Of a stretch of 56,037 nt of DNA, positions 48,401 to 56,037 are shown one piece after another; within the stretch, counting starts at the first letter, position 1; the number at the start of each line of letters is the position of its first letter. The stretch is taken from the NCBI GenBank assembly GCA_937942165.1, contig CALDFW010000052.1, positions 1 through 56,037 on the forward strand, in the 5' to 3' direction. The notes beneath the pieces are model-generated. The model worked only from the letters and a program-made list of their open reading frames with translations, did not search any database and was not told where the DNA came from. Both the position numbers and the translations under genes were made by a program. The stretch comes from an uncultured bacterium (GTDB taxonomy: Bacteria; Latescibacterota; UBA2968; UBA8231).

Positions 48401-49586
48401 TGGAGAGATGGCCCCCGCTGCCATCATCGCGCTGGGGGGGGGCGGGTCGGAGATTGTGCGCGAGATGGAATGCGTTTTTGAGGGCACGCTCGCAGGGTTT
48501 GACGTTGGGATTTCTCCCGACGTGGGACTGGGAGACCAGCTTGAAGTTATTCGGGAGAAGTGTAACAGTCCCCTTCTGGTCGTAATAAAGCAAGGGGTCT
48601 TCCTCTCAAGTGAGTCGATGCGTCTTATGATTCGGCGAATGGAGGAACAGCCCGATATCGTCGTGGCAGAGCCGCTGTCTATGGATCGGGATCGCGGCGT
48701 TGGGGTCGAAGAGGTGGAAAAGGTCGAGGGGCAGATATTGGTTTTTCGCCGTGAAGCGCTCGATGCGATTGGCGGATTCGATCGCTCTTTTTCTACCGTG
48801 GCAGCGTTGGATGAAGTCGTGCGACAGCTCCGTCGGCAAGGGGGACGAGCCGTGCGTATGCTCGAGTGTCGGGCCGAGGGCACAGCCGTGCTTGGGGGCG
48901 AGAGCGAACGGCTCGCCGCCGACCGTGAACAAGAGGCCATTGAAGCCCTTGATCGAGGAGATCAACTGCGTGGTGAAGGGCAGCGTGGAGCATCTTTGGA
49001 CGCCTACCGTCTTGCTGTAGAGAAAAAGGACGACTTTGTCGAGGCTCTGATCGTCCTGGCGGCAATGCTCATTGAAGAGGAGCTGGCCGGGGAGGCCGTA
49101 GAGGTCTTGCAGCGCTTGGTTACGCTCGATGAGCATGCTCATCAATCCCATAACTATCTGGGAATGGCCCGTCACAGATCGGGCGATCGAGTGGGAGCAC
49201 GGGCCAGCTTTGAGCGCGCCTACGAACTAAAACCAGACAGCGTTGAAACGCTGGTAAACTTAAGCGTGTTTGAGTGGGAAGAGGGACAGGCTGAGGCCGC
49301 GGTGAGCTATCTGGAACAGGCGGCTGAATTTGAGCCAGACAACCGCGACGTCATCGTCAATACAGCGGTAATACAGGTGCAGACGGGGCACGTCGAAGAC
49401 GGCCTGCGCTTGCTTGATGAGCACGTCGCCGCGAATGAATCGGACGTCGAGGCCGTTTGTATCCTCGCCGATATCTACTGGCAGCAGGGGGGTGTTGAAC
49501 GGGCGAAAGTGCTGGCAGAATCAGCGCTCAGATGGCACGAAAACTACGCGCCGGCTCTGTCCTTATTGGAGAAAATCCGTGGGTAA
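45420..49586 (+). CDS. Multidomain glycosyltransferase (degenerate GT4 - GT2 - GT4 - degenerate GT2 - TPR)
   Basis: GT2 VDNASSD, GFARANN, FLNND, EDVDLC; GT4 RKG.D, EGFGLPVAE; C-terminal TPRs. Confidence 0.85.
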   Translation: MKTFRALRRVLAFDTTYAALPAIAHAGFAIDLIPSTKGTYSTSQCVFPPLSSMQTIGVEWAQEQLRKEAYDCVLCATLEDLQAAKGWDVPTVFVPQAMLGELAGVSGMARLHGRRQLEGLLEGVTEVFLSESQRASWLGEGVVIPIGVDVDRLGTCAGRFEEIAWTGVDSASCALREGHGVRDELTQGVVDLRKIDLRVERGMTWDGWLEEVRAVRAMLCTESPGHGMAPHFFALCAMGAGVPLVSLAHEDSPIADGENGYVSNDYDYLRQIMRGLLMDEDEARLIGARGRDWIAEYRGLEESAERWRACIEGLSNSYGAGADLAQTPRVSIIMPLYNKAEYTEKCLYALAAHTGEDPDYEVIIVDNASSDWTKYLLLAFEGDVEILRNDENVGFARANNQGARSARGEYVLFLNNDTEPLEGWLREMVQLADSDERIGVVGARLLYPQNDTVQHAGLEMINGIPDHVFRGVAAEDERVLHSRDLDMVTGACMLVRRTLFEELGGFDEAYRNGVEDVDLCLQARSKGYRVVYCAESVLYHHEGTSEGRFDHVNENLQRFFAQWQGRFDGQGRFVVDPEHGETGFAALNSSQSHPLRGYLEGPFFVYSSLAHVNREMALELLSSGNCDLGLIASDPDTFSGSSERRFAPIVARMGQAIEENVDFHIRHRWPPDVARPAQGKLVLIQPWEYGRILKSWVEPMQANVDQIWAYTSYVRQVYIDSGFDPDRVKVVPLGVDDQRFKPGVAPMELSTGGKFAFLFVGGTLQRKGIDLLLESFRSAFSRADNVCLVIKDMGNQTFYRGQTAEREIAALQQDEECAEIIYLDRDLPAEDIPGLYAACDCLVHPYRGEGFGLPVAEAMACGLPVVVTEGGACDDFCNSENAFMVPAQRRPVKFPEETVGQAWMLEADVQALAAQMRQAFEQPERAREMGRRGAERIARDFTWKRAAEIAHDTLMELCRPDIQREDVIPLSNLQVAEPLDIDGGEERLDRLAAGGEMAPAAIIALGGGGSEIVREMECVFEGTLAGFDVGISPDVGLGDQLEVIREKCNSPLLVVIKQGVFLSSESMRLMIRRMEEQPDIVVAEPLSMDRDRGVGVEEVEKVEGQILVFRREALDAIGGFDRSFSTVAALDEVVRQLRRQGGRAVRMLECRAEGTAVLGGESERLAADREQEAIEALDRGDQLRGEGQRGASLDAYRLAVEKKDDFVEALIVLAAMLIEEELAGEAVEVLQRLVTLDEHAHQSHNYLGMARHRSGDRVGARASFERAYELKPDSVETLVNLSVFEWEEGQAEAAVSYLEQAAEFEPDNRDVIVNTAVIQVQTGHVEDGLRLLDEHVAANESDVEAVCILADIYWQQGGVERAKVLAESALRWHENYAPALSLLEKIRG

Positions 49587-52500
49587 AAAAAAGAAACGAC
49601 CCGGTAGGCGGAAGGTCAAAAAATCCGCCCAGCGGACAAGGCCGCTCATTTCGCTGTGCGTTATTGCGCGAGACGAGGCCACTTTTTTAGACGGATGTCT
49701 TGCGAGCGTGAGTGGATTGGTCGACGAGATCGTTGTTGTGGATACGGGATCGGTCGATCACACTCAGGCTGTGGCGCGTCAACACGGTGCTCGCGTATTT
49801 GAGATGGCGTGGCAAGATGACTTCTCTCGGCCGCGCAATCACGCGTTGGAACAGGCTAAGGGAGAATGGATCCTAGTCTTGGACTGCGATGAAACGCTCT
49901 CTCCTGCCGATCGAGATCGCCTGCAAGACCTGCTGCGCGACGGCGACTGTGACGCATATCGCATGACTACGCGGAACTACAGCACAAGCACGCAGCACGC
50001 GGGATGGACCCGGTGTGAGGGCACTTATCGAGAAGAGCGCTCGTACGAGGGCTGGTTTCCCTCAACAAAAGTTCGCCTATGGCGCCGGCGGGCAGAAATC
50101 CGCTTTGAAGGCGTGGTGCACGAATTAGTAGAACCCGCCCTCATGCGCGCTGGCATACCCATCGGGGATTGCTTGGTGCCTGTTCATCACTATGGATATG
50201 CAGAGAAGGAGCGCGCGGGAGACCACTATTTGCGCGCCGGCGAGCGCAAGGTGCGAGAAAATCCCAACGACATAAGAGCTCGCTATGAGCTGGCGATTGC
50301 CTACCGCAATGCCGATCGGCAAGACGAGGCTCTTGGAGAGATTGAATCCGCCCTGTCGGGCGCTTCCAACGCGGATTCTGCGGCCCTGATTTACGTGCAG
50401 GAAGAGCTGATGCTCTTGGTGCGTGCCGATATTCTCACTCGTATGGGGCAAAAGGCAGAGGCGTTAGCTGCTTATGAAGCGCTGCTGGAACGCTTTCCCG
50501 ATTCCCACCAAGCCCTTAACAACAAAGGCATTTTGTTGGAGGATCAGGGACTGATTGGAGAGGCGCGGCGCTGCTATGAACGGGCGCTGTCTCTGGTCGG
50601 CGACAACGAAACCTTGGCAGAGAACGTGGCTCGAGTGTCTGCCGAGTACACGCTGAGTATATGCGTCCTTGTGCGGGGGGATGGAGCACCCCTTGAGCGC
50701 TGTTTGGAAAGCGTCTGCGGTGTGGCGGATCAGGTTATTGTTGTAGATCTGGGGAGAGATGGCCAAACCGAGGCCAGCGTCGAGCGCTTCGGGGCCACTC
50801 GGATGGGCGTAGAATGGACCGGAGACTTTTCAGCGGTTCGCAACGCCGCCCTCGATAGGGCAACCGGCGATTGGATCCTGTGCATGGACGCAGAAGAGTA
50901 TCTGCGTCGCGAAGACAGAGAAAAGGTCTTTAAGTCAAAGCTGTTAAAGCCCAACCGTGGACTGTACGTGAGCGTGGTAGGAGAAGAGGGTAGTCGCACG
51001 CAGGCCGTAAAGATGTTTCCGAATCGTCCTACAATTCGCTTTGAGCAGCCGGCCTATGAAAACGTCCTAAACGCAATCCGGAGCGCCGGAATTGCGCTCC
51101 AACTCGCCGATTTTGAGTTGTGCAGAGGACCGTATGCCGAAGCGGCAGATGCGCGCACTAAGCAGGCCCACGACGATGATCTGATGGCGGTCTGGTTGGC
51201 CGAGAATCCCGCGGACTGGGAGCGTCAGGTGCGCTTTGGACACGCCTTATACGCACGCGGCCGTCGCGATATTGCCCGGACTTTTCTGGGCTGTGTATGT
51301 GAGGCTGGAGAGCGCGTCCCAGGAGTCGATACGCGCCGACGTGCCCTGAGTTTCTACGGGCGATGTCTCTTGGAAGAGGGTGAGTATGCCGAGGCCAAAA
51401 AGGTGCTGCAGCAGGCGTTAGATTTAGCGCCCAACGATGCGCTCGCGCTTCTGTCTATGGGAGACGTTGCAGTTAAGTTGGGGCTCTATCGGGAGGCAGA
51501 AGTCCACTTGCGGGCTTCGCTGCAGGGAGAGGGCGAGGCGGATTTTGCCCTAGATGGGGGCGCCGTTGCCTATGCCACTCACTTTTTCCTAGGGCAGGCA
51601 CTGAGCGGTCAGGGACGCAGCGAGGATGCGATTGCTTCTTTTGAGCAGGCAAATCGGGCTGCTCCGAATCGATCGGAGGCGCGTCAGGCCATTGCCTTGC
51701 TACGCCAGGGGATAGGTCAGGGAGACAGTGGGCTTTACATGCACCAGCCGCCGGCCGCAGAAACGCCCTCTGTTGAAACGACCACTTCGGACGGTCCTCG
51801 AGGGACGTTGAGTCTGTGCATGATTGTTCGCAATGAGGAGGCGCGGCTAGGGCGCTGTTTGGAGAGCGTGCGCGGATTAGTCGATGAGATAATCGTCGTC
51901 GATACGGGCTCGGATGACGACACGATTGGCGTGGCAAAGAAACACGGGGCAAAGGTGGGTTTCTTCGAGTGGTGTGACGATTTTGCCGCCGCGCGAAATG
52001 CGTCCATTTCCATGGCCACGGGGGATTGGATCATGTGGCTGGACGCCGATGACGTGCTGCCGCCTGAAAGCCATGCGCCCATCCGCCAATGCATCTCCGA
52101 TAGCCGAGAGAAGGCCTATTTCTTTGTCCTTGATGATCAGGGCTACGAGCACATTTCTTGCTTACAGCTTCGCCTTTTTCCAAACCTGCCCGAGGTTCGA
52201 TTTGAGATGCCTGTGCACGAACAGGTCGCGCCTTCTCTGTCGCGGTTGGGCATGGAAATGGTCCAGAGTACAATTCGCGTGCTGCACACGGGCTATACTA
52301 CGCCTGAGGTAGTGGCTGGGAAAAAAGAGCGCTACTTGAAAATTATGGAGCGCTGGGTAGAGGCGCATCCTCAGGATTATATGGAACGTTCCCACGTCGC
52401 CCTGACCTACTATTCTACGGATAGGTTAGAAGAAGCAGAGCGCGCCTATCGTTTCATTATTGAAGAGAGTACCTGCTACGCTGATCGCAACTGGGTAGTC

Positions 52501-53697
52501 TACACGACAGCCCTGCTTTTTTTGGGCCGAACCTATATGAAGATGGGTCGCTTGGAAGAGGCTAAGACCTATCTGCACAAGGCCGAGGCAGTCGACCGTG
52601 ACTACATCTTGACGCAATTAACGCTGGCTGAGCTATATGCTCAACTAGAAGATCACACAGCCGTGTTGGAACATGCGCGGTCGGTCGTTGAGAGCAAGCG
52701 TCAGATGACGTTTTTTCCAATCGATTACGACGAGGTGACTTTTTCCGCTCATCTGTTGATGGCGCGTTCATACAAAGCGCGATCAATGTGGTCACAGGCT
52801 GCAGCGTCCTTTAGGAGTGCAGCCGCTACGCCCGTGGACCGTCGCAGCGATGCGCTGGGTAGTCTATCGAGTATGTATAAAGAGTTGGGACAGTTGGGCG
52901 AGGCGCGCTCGGCGCTGGGAGATGCCCTTGAAATGGCGCCCGAGCATCCAGAACATGCCTTTAATATGGGTGTGATAGAGCTTGAAGCTGGGCAATTAGA
53001 TAGAGCAGAGCCGTTTTTTAAACAGGCACTTGCGTTAAAGTCCGGACATACGTTGGCGCTGCTGAACCTCGGCTATATCTCGAAAACCCAGGGAAGGCTT
53101 GATGAAGCCGAAGCTAGGTATGTGCAAGCTATAAAATGCGATGAGAAAGGCGTCGAAGCGCGTGCGAACTTAGCGCATCTCTTAGTGGATCAGGAGCGCT
53201 ATGGAGAGGCTCTTACCCTCTTTCGTGAGGTTCGATCGCTCGAGTCGGGTCTCTTGGATATAGAACTGGGCTACATACTCTCGCTCGTTCACCAGCCCGA
53301 ATGCACTTGGTCGGACTGCAGTCTCGTACTGCGTTCGTTGGATGGGCTGCTGAGTGATTGGTCCGTTGGGGAAGGGGATCTAGAGCAGCCGCAGTCGGCG
53401 GCTCTGCGCTTGGGCGAACTCGGCGTTTTGCTGATTCGCAGCGAAATGCACAAATGCGCCGAGTTGGCGCTGCGCGTGGCTGTCGCTTTGGAGAACGATC
53501 TATTAGAAGTGCGTCGTCTGCTTGCAGAAGTTCTTTTTGCTCGCGGGGCCTATTGGCAGGCCGTTGCTCAACTCGAAGTTGTACTGAATGCCGAACCACA
53601 GGATGCGGCCAGCTTTAATCGCCTCGGAGACTGTTACAAGCAGCTCGGTGTAGAAGAGGCCGCTCAAATGTGTTATGCGCGCGCGGGGATAACATAA
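49579..53697 (+). CDS. Triple (GT2-TPR) glycosyltransferase, probable flagellin glycosyltransferase
   Basis: Three SLC.I..E...L..CL.SV...DEI.VVD modules, each followed by TPRs; GTG start after GGAG, overlapping the previous stop. Confidence 0.85.
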   Translation: MGKKKKRPGRRKVKKSAQRTRPLISLCVIARDEATFLDGCLASVSGLVDEIVVVDTGSVDHTQAVARQHGARVFEMAWQDDFSRPRNHALEQAKGEWILVLDCDETLSPADRDRLQDLLRDGDCDAYRMTTRNYSTSTQHAGWTRCEGTYREERSYEGWFPSTKVRLWRRRAEIRFEGVVHELVEPALMRAGIPIGDCLVPVHHYGYAEKERAGDHYLRAGERKVRENPNDIRARYELAIAYRNADRQDEALGEIESALSGASNADSAALIYVQEELMLLVRADILTRMGQKAEALAAYEALLERFPDSHQALNNKGILLEDQGLIGEARRCYERALSLVGDNETLAENVARVSAEYTLSICVLVRGDGAPLERCLESVCGVADQVIVVDLGRDGQTEASVERFGATRMGVEWTGDFSAVRNAALDRATGDWILCMDAEEYLRREDREKVFKSKLLKPNRGLYVSVVGEEGSRTQAVKMFPNRPTIRFEQPAYENVLNAIRSAGIALQLADFELCRGPYAEAADARTKQAHDDDLMAVWLAENPADWERQVRFGHALYARGRRDIARTFLGCVCEAGERVPGVDTRRRALSFYGRCLLEEGEYAEAKKVLQQALDLAPNDALALLSMGDVAVKLGLYREAEVHLRASLQGEGEADFALDGGAVAYATHFFLGQALSGQGRSEDAIASFEQANRAAPNRSEARQAIALLRQGIGQGDSGLYMHQPPAAETPSVETTTSDGPRGTLSLCMIVRNEEARLGRCLESVRGLVDEIIVVDTGSDDDTIGVAKKHGAKVGFFEWCDDFAAARNASISMATGDWIMWLDADDVLPPESHAPIRQCISDSREKAYFFVLDDQGYEHISCLQLRLFPNLPEVRFEMPVHEQVAPSLSRLGMEMVQSTIRVLHTGYTTPEVVAGKKERYLKIMERWVEAHPQDYMERSHVALTYYSTDRLEEAERAYRFIIEESTCYADRNWVVYTTALLFLGRTYMKMGRLEEAKTYLHKAEAVDRDYILTQLTLAELYAQLEDHTAVLEHARSVVESKRQMTFFPIDYDEVTFSAHLLMARSYKARSMWSQAAASFRSAAATPVDRRSDALGSLSSMYKELGQLGEARSALGDALEMAPEHPEHAFNMGVIELEAGQLDRAEPFFKQALALKSGHTLALLNLGYISKTQGRLDEAEARYVQAIKCDEKGVEARANLAHLLVDQERYGEALTLFREVRSLESGLLDIELGYILSLVHQPECTWSDCSLVLRSLDGLLSDWSVGEGDLEQPQSAALRLGELGVLLIRSEMHKCAELALRVAVALENDLLEVRRLLAEVLFARGAYWQAVAQLEVVLNAEPQDAASFNRLGDCYKQLGVEEAAQMCYARAGIT

Positions 53698-54473
53698 TGA
53701 AATACTGCGTTATTCTACGCGTATGTGAGACGGTCGACGCGGTAAACCAACTATCGCGTCCCTGGGGTTTAAACAAACGGGAGACGATCTTATTGACGCT
53801 GCGATCTCTCGTTGCCAGCTTGAAGGCTGCTGAGATCGAGTACGGTATATACGTTGTCGAAGATGGCATCTCCGAAGCGCTGCGCGCCGAGTTGGAAAAA
53901 TGGTCTGAGGCCATCATTTCTACGGATGAGCGAGGCGTTTGTGGATCCCTGTCGAAAAGTTACGAGGTTGCGCGGCATTTTTCCGACGGAGATTGGGTGT
54001 ATTTTTGCGAAGATGACTATTTACACAGAGAAGTATGCATGCAGTATATAGACGAGCTGCTCCGCGGCGCGACGGAATATCTGCAGGCTTATGACCGGGA
54101 ACTGCTTTTTATACATCCGTGTGATTATCCCGATCGCTATAACCTGCCCGATCGGTTTACGGGTCGAAGCGACGATCGCTACGCAATCTTTCGCAGCGGT
54201 CGGTGTCACTGGCGTGAAGTGCCCAGCGCAACGTATACCTGGCTTATGCGAGCTGAAGTGCTCCGCCGACACGCGGCACTCTTTCGGGATAATATTGATC
54301 ACCACGCGCGTTTTGGAACGGGCGATCAGTATTGGGGAGAAGTGGTATTCCAGCGCGAAGATGCGCTCTGTATCAGTCCGTTGCCAAGCCTATCCACGCA
54401 CCTGCACGAAGGCGTTATGAGTCCACTGGTCAACTGGCAGGCTGAAGCTGCCCGCTACGAACGGTCGCTCTAA
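53697..54473 (+). CDS. GT-A fold (GT2-like) glycosyltransferase
   Basis: VVEDG, VYFCEDDYLH, SP.PSLSTH; TAATG coupling with the previous gene. Confidence 0.65.
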   Translation: MKYCVILRVCETVDAVNQLSRPWGLNKRETILLTLRSLVASLKAAEIEYGIYVVEDGISEALRAELEKWSEAIISTDERGVCGSLSKSYEVARHFSDGDWVYFCEDDYLHREVCMQYIDELLRGATEYLQAYDRELLFIHPCDYPDRYNLPDRFTGRSDDRYAIFRSGRCHWREVPSATYTWLMRAEVLRRHAALFRDNIDHHARFGTGDQYWGEVVFQREDALCISPLPSLSTHLHEGVMSPLVNWQAEAARYERSL

Positions 54474-54655
54474 CGATCTCCATTCCGCGCTAAGGGTATG
54501 GGGTAAAATATTTTCCCACGTTAGCCAATTTCTGGTCCCGACGTTCCTCCCGCGGGCTACCGGTCCGTTTGAAGTGGCTCGGCATTCCCTTTCTGGGTAT
54601 TTATAAATATCTGTAAAATATAATCTTACCTCTTTTATTTGCCTGGCTTTGAATT

Positions 54656-54671
54656 TGGCATAGCACTTGCT
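54656..54671 (+). promoter_or_regulatory. Sigma54 -24/-12 promoter of flagellin
   Basis: TGGCATAGCACTTGCT (GG-N10-GC), near-identical to the flgF promoter; AT-rich tract upstream. Confidence 0.8.
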
Positions 54672-54775
54672 TCAGTGCGCATGGAAGTCTGAATGATTAG
54701 CCGCAGTGAAGAAATGATTGCATGAGGGTCTAGCTACGGAAGGCCCAGACAGTCCGGCGACCAAGGAGGTTTGTT

Positions 54776-56037
54776 ATGCCGATTCGCCTCGGAACAAATA
54801 TAGCTTCAATAAATGCTCAAAGGCAGCTGAATACCAACAGCGCTGAGTTTACAAAGCGCGTAGAGCGTCTGTCTTCGGGTTTACGCATTAACAGGGGAGC
54901 CGACGATGCTGCTGGTCTCTCCGTTTCTGAGGGTATGCGCTCGGAAATCTTGGGTATGCGGCAGGGGGTGCGCAATGCTGAGCAGGGAATAAGCCTGATC
55001 CAGCTAGCGGAGGGTTCGCTTAACGAAGTCAGCAATATGCTGCGGCGCATGCGCGAGCTCTCTGTGCAATCTGCGAACTCCACTATAAATGATTCAAATC
55101 GTGAGAACTTGTCTGCCGAGTTTAACCAGCTGAGCGCAGAAATAGATCGAATTGCCCTCTCTACTACGTATAACGATCAGGTCCTACTGACAGGTTTTGG
55201 AAATACGGTAACTCAAAACAGTGATGTCTCGACCGCACTCGATGGATTTTCCGGCGTGCGCGAGGTTGGCATTTCTGGGGCCGTTCCCGGAACGTATGTG
55301 TTCACCGATGAAAGCAGCGATGATAACCAGATCACGCTCGCCGTCACGTTGCCCGACGGCACGGAGTTAAAGCAATCCATTGACGTGGGGGCGACTCTGG
55401 ATCGGGACGCAGACGAAAACCTGGTTGCTACGGGAACGACCTTCGTGGCCAATTTTGATCGCTTGGGCGTTCAGGTGACCCTTGTCGGTCCCAATGTCGA
55501 CTTCTCTAACACTTTTAAGAGCACCGTTGAAGACGGGGGTGAGGGCGGTACGGTCGTTATCGGAAATGAGACGATTACCATTAATCCAAATGAATCGCTG
55601 GAAGATATGGCGACCAAGTTAAACGATACGCTCACCACGCTTAGCCCGCCTGGATCGGCCACGTTTAACGAGCAATTTGGCGAACTGCGCGTCGATAGCG
55701 GCGGCAACGAAATACTGGACAATCCGGCCGGTTTGCTAGGACTCAAAAATGCGAATGCCTACATCGATGGCCGATTGAACGATAAGCAGATAGTTATCTC
55801 GGAGGCTACGGGGGGTGTTCTTCAGGTCGGTCCCAACAACGAAGCCTCTAACCGCATCGCGCTCAACATAGGAGATATGCGAGCAAGTGGAGCAGAATTA
55901 AACCTGACGGGCATCTCCGTCTCCAACTTGGAAAGCTCGCGATCGGCCATCTCACGCATAGACAACGCGATTTTGGTAGTTACGCGCCAGCGCGGTGACT
56001 TGGGTGCTATTCAGAACCGCCTGCAGTTTACGACGGG
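54776..56037 (+). CDS. fliC: Flagellin, 3' truncated (absent from the ORF track)
   Basis: AAGGAGG SD; MPIRLGTNIASINAQRQL..ERLSSGLRINRGADDAAGL..LRRMRELSVQSAN..; C-terminal D1 IDNAI....QRGDLGAIQNRL at the window end. Confidence 0.97.
   Translation, partial: MPIRLGTNIASINAQRQLNTNSAEFTKRVERLSSGLRINRGADDAAGLSVSEGMRSEILGMRQGVRNAEQGISLIQLAEGSLNEVSNMLRRMRELSVQSANSTINDSNRENLSAEFNQLSAEIDRIALSTTYNDQVLLTGFGNTVTQNSDVSTALDGFSGVREVGISGAVPGTYVFTDESSDDNQITLAVTLPDGTELKQSIDVGATLDRDADENLVATGTTFVANFDRLGVQVTLVGPNVDFSNTFKSTVEDGGEGGTVVIGNETITINPNESLEDMATKLNDTLTTLSPPGSATFNEQFGELRVDSGGNEILDNPAGLLGLKNANAYIDGRLNDKQIVISEATGGVLQVGPNNEASNRIALNIGDMRASGAELNLTGISVSNLESSRSAISRIDNAILVVTRQRGDLGAIQNRLQFTT

Noticed and set aside
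36717-49175. Long antisense ORFs (e.g. 36717-37442, 38402-39142, 48161-48940)
   Set aside because: Shadow frames opposite well-supported genes, with no recognisable motifs.
1-56037. CRISPR arrays, tRNA/rRNA, IS elements, prophage or defence genes
   Set aside because: No spaced repeat arrays, cloverleafs, transposase/integrase or nuclease motifs were recognised by eye; a covariance-model scan could still find small RNAs.

Overview
Gene-dense bacterial chromosomal window of moderately high GC, from a diderm, flagellated organism (L- and P-ring genes, lgt, MCE transporter). The mix of FGE-domain, PKD, CBM9-like, TRAP and GT3-type proteins is reminiscent of FCB/PVC-affiliated lineages such as Latescibacterota, but this is only an impression. 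The left two-thirds (1-36.6 kb) holds metabolic and envelope genes: a truncated GT3-like glycogen synthase, a stand-alone receiver, a PKD-FGE lipoprotein, an unknown 606-aa internally repeated protein with a DUF4384 lipoprotein, aspC, FkbM, folA, an MCE operon with an extra predicted beta-barrel gene, a lipid kinase, a fatty acyl-CoA reductase, lgt, OYE/SDR oxidoreductases, a threonine-synthase-like enzyme, a TRAP transporter, rpiA, a PKS-free AAC(3)-ACP-FkbH-GT4 cluster, def and a MotE-like gene. The right third (36.8-56 kb) is a flagellar region: flgFGAHIJNKL-fliW-csrA, two giant multi-glycosyltransferase/TPR genes, a small GT, and a flagellin (not in the ORF track) that runs off the window end. 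Read directly from the DNA, the flagellar genes have three well-formed sigma54 (-24/-12) promoters, including one before flagellin, and flgM is absent from its usual slot. A recurrent GG(G/T)AAA..AT..-type box is present, and ANGGAAG CsrA-type motifs sit in the csrA, glycosyltransferase and fliC leaders. I saw no rRNA, tRNA, CRISPR array or mobile element.
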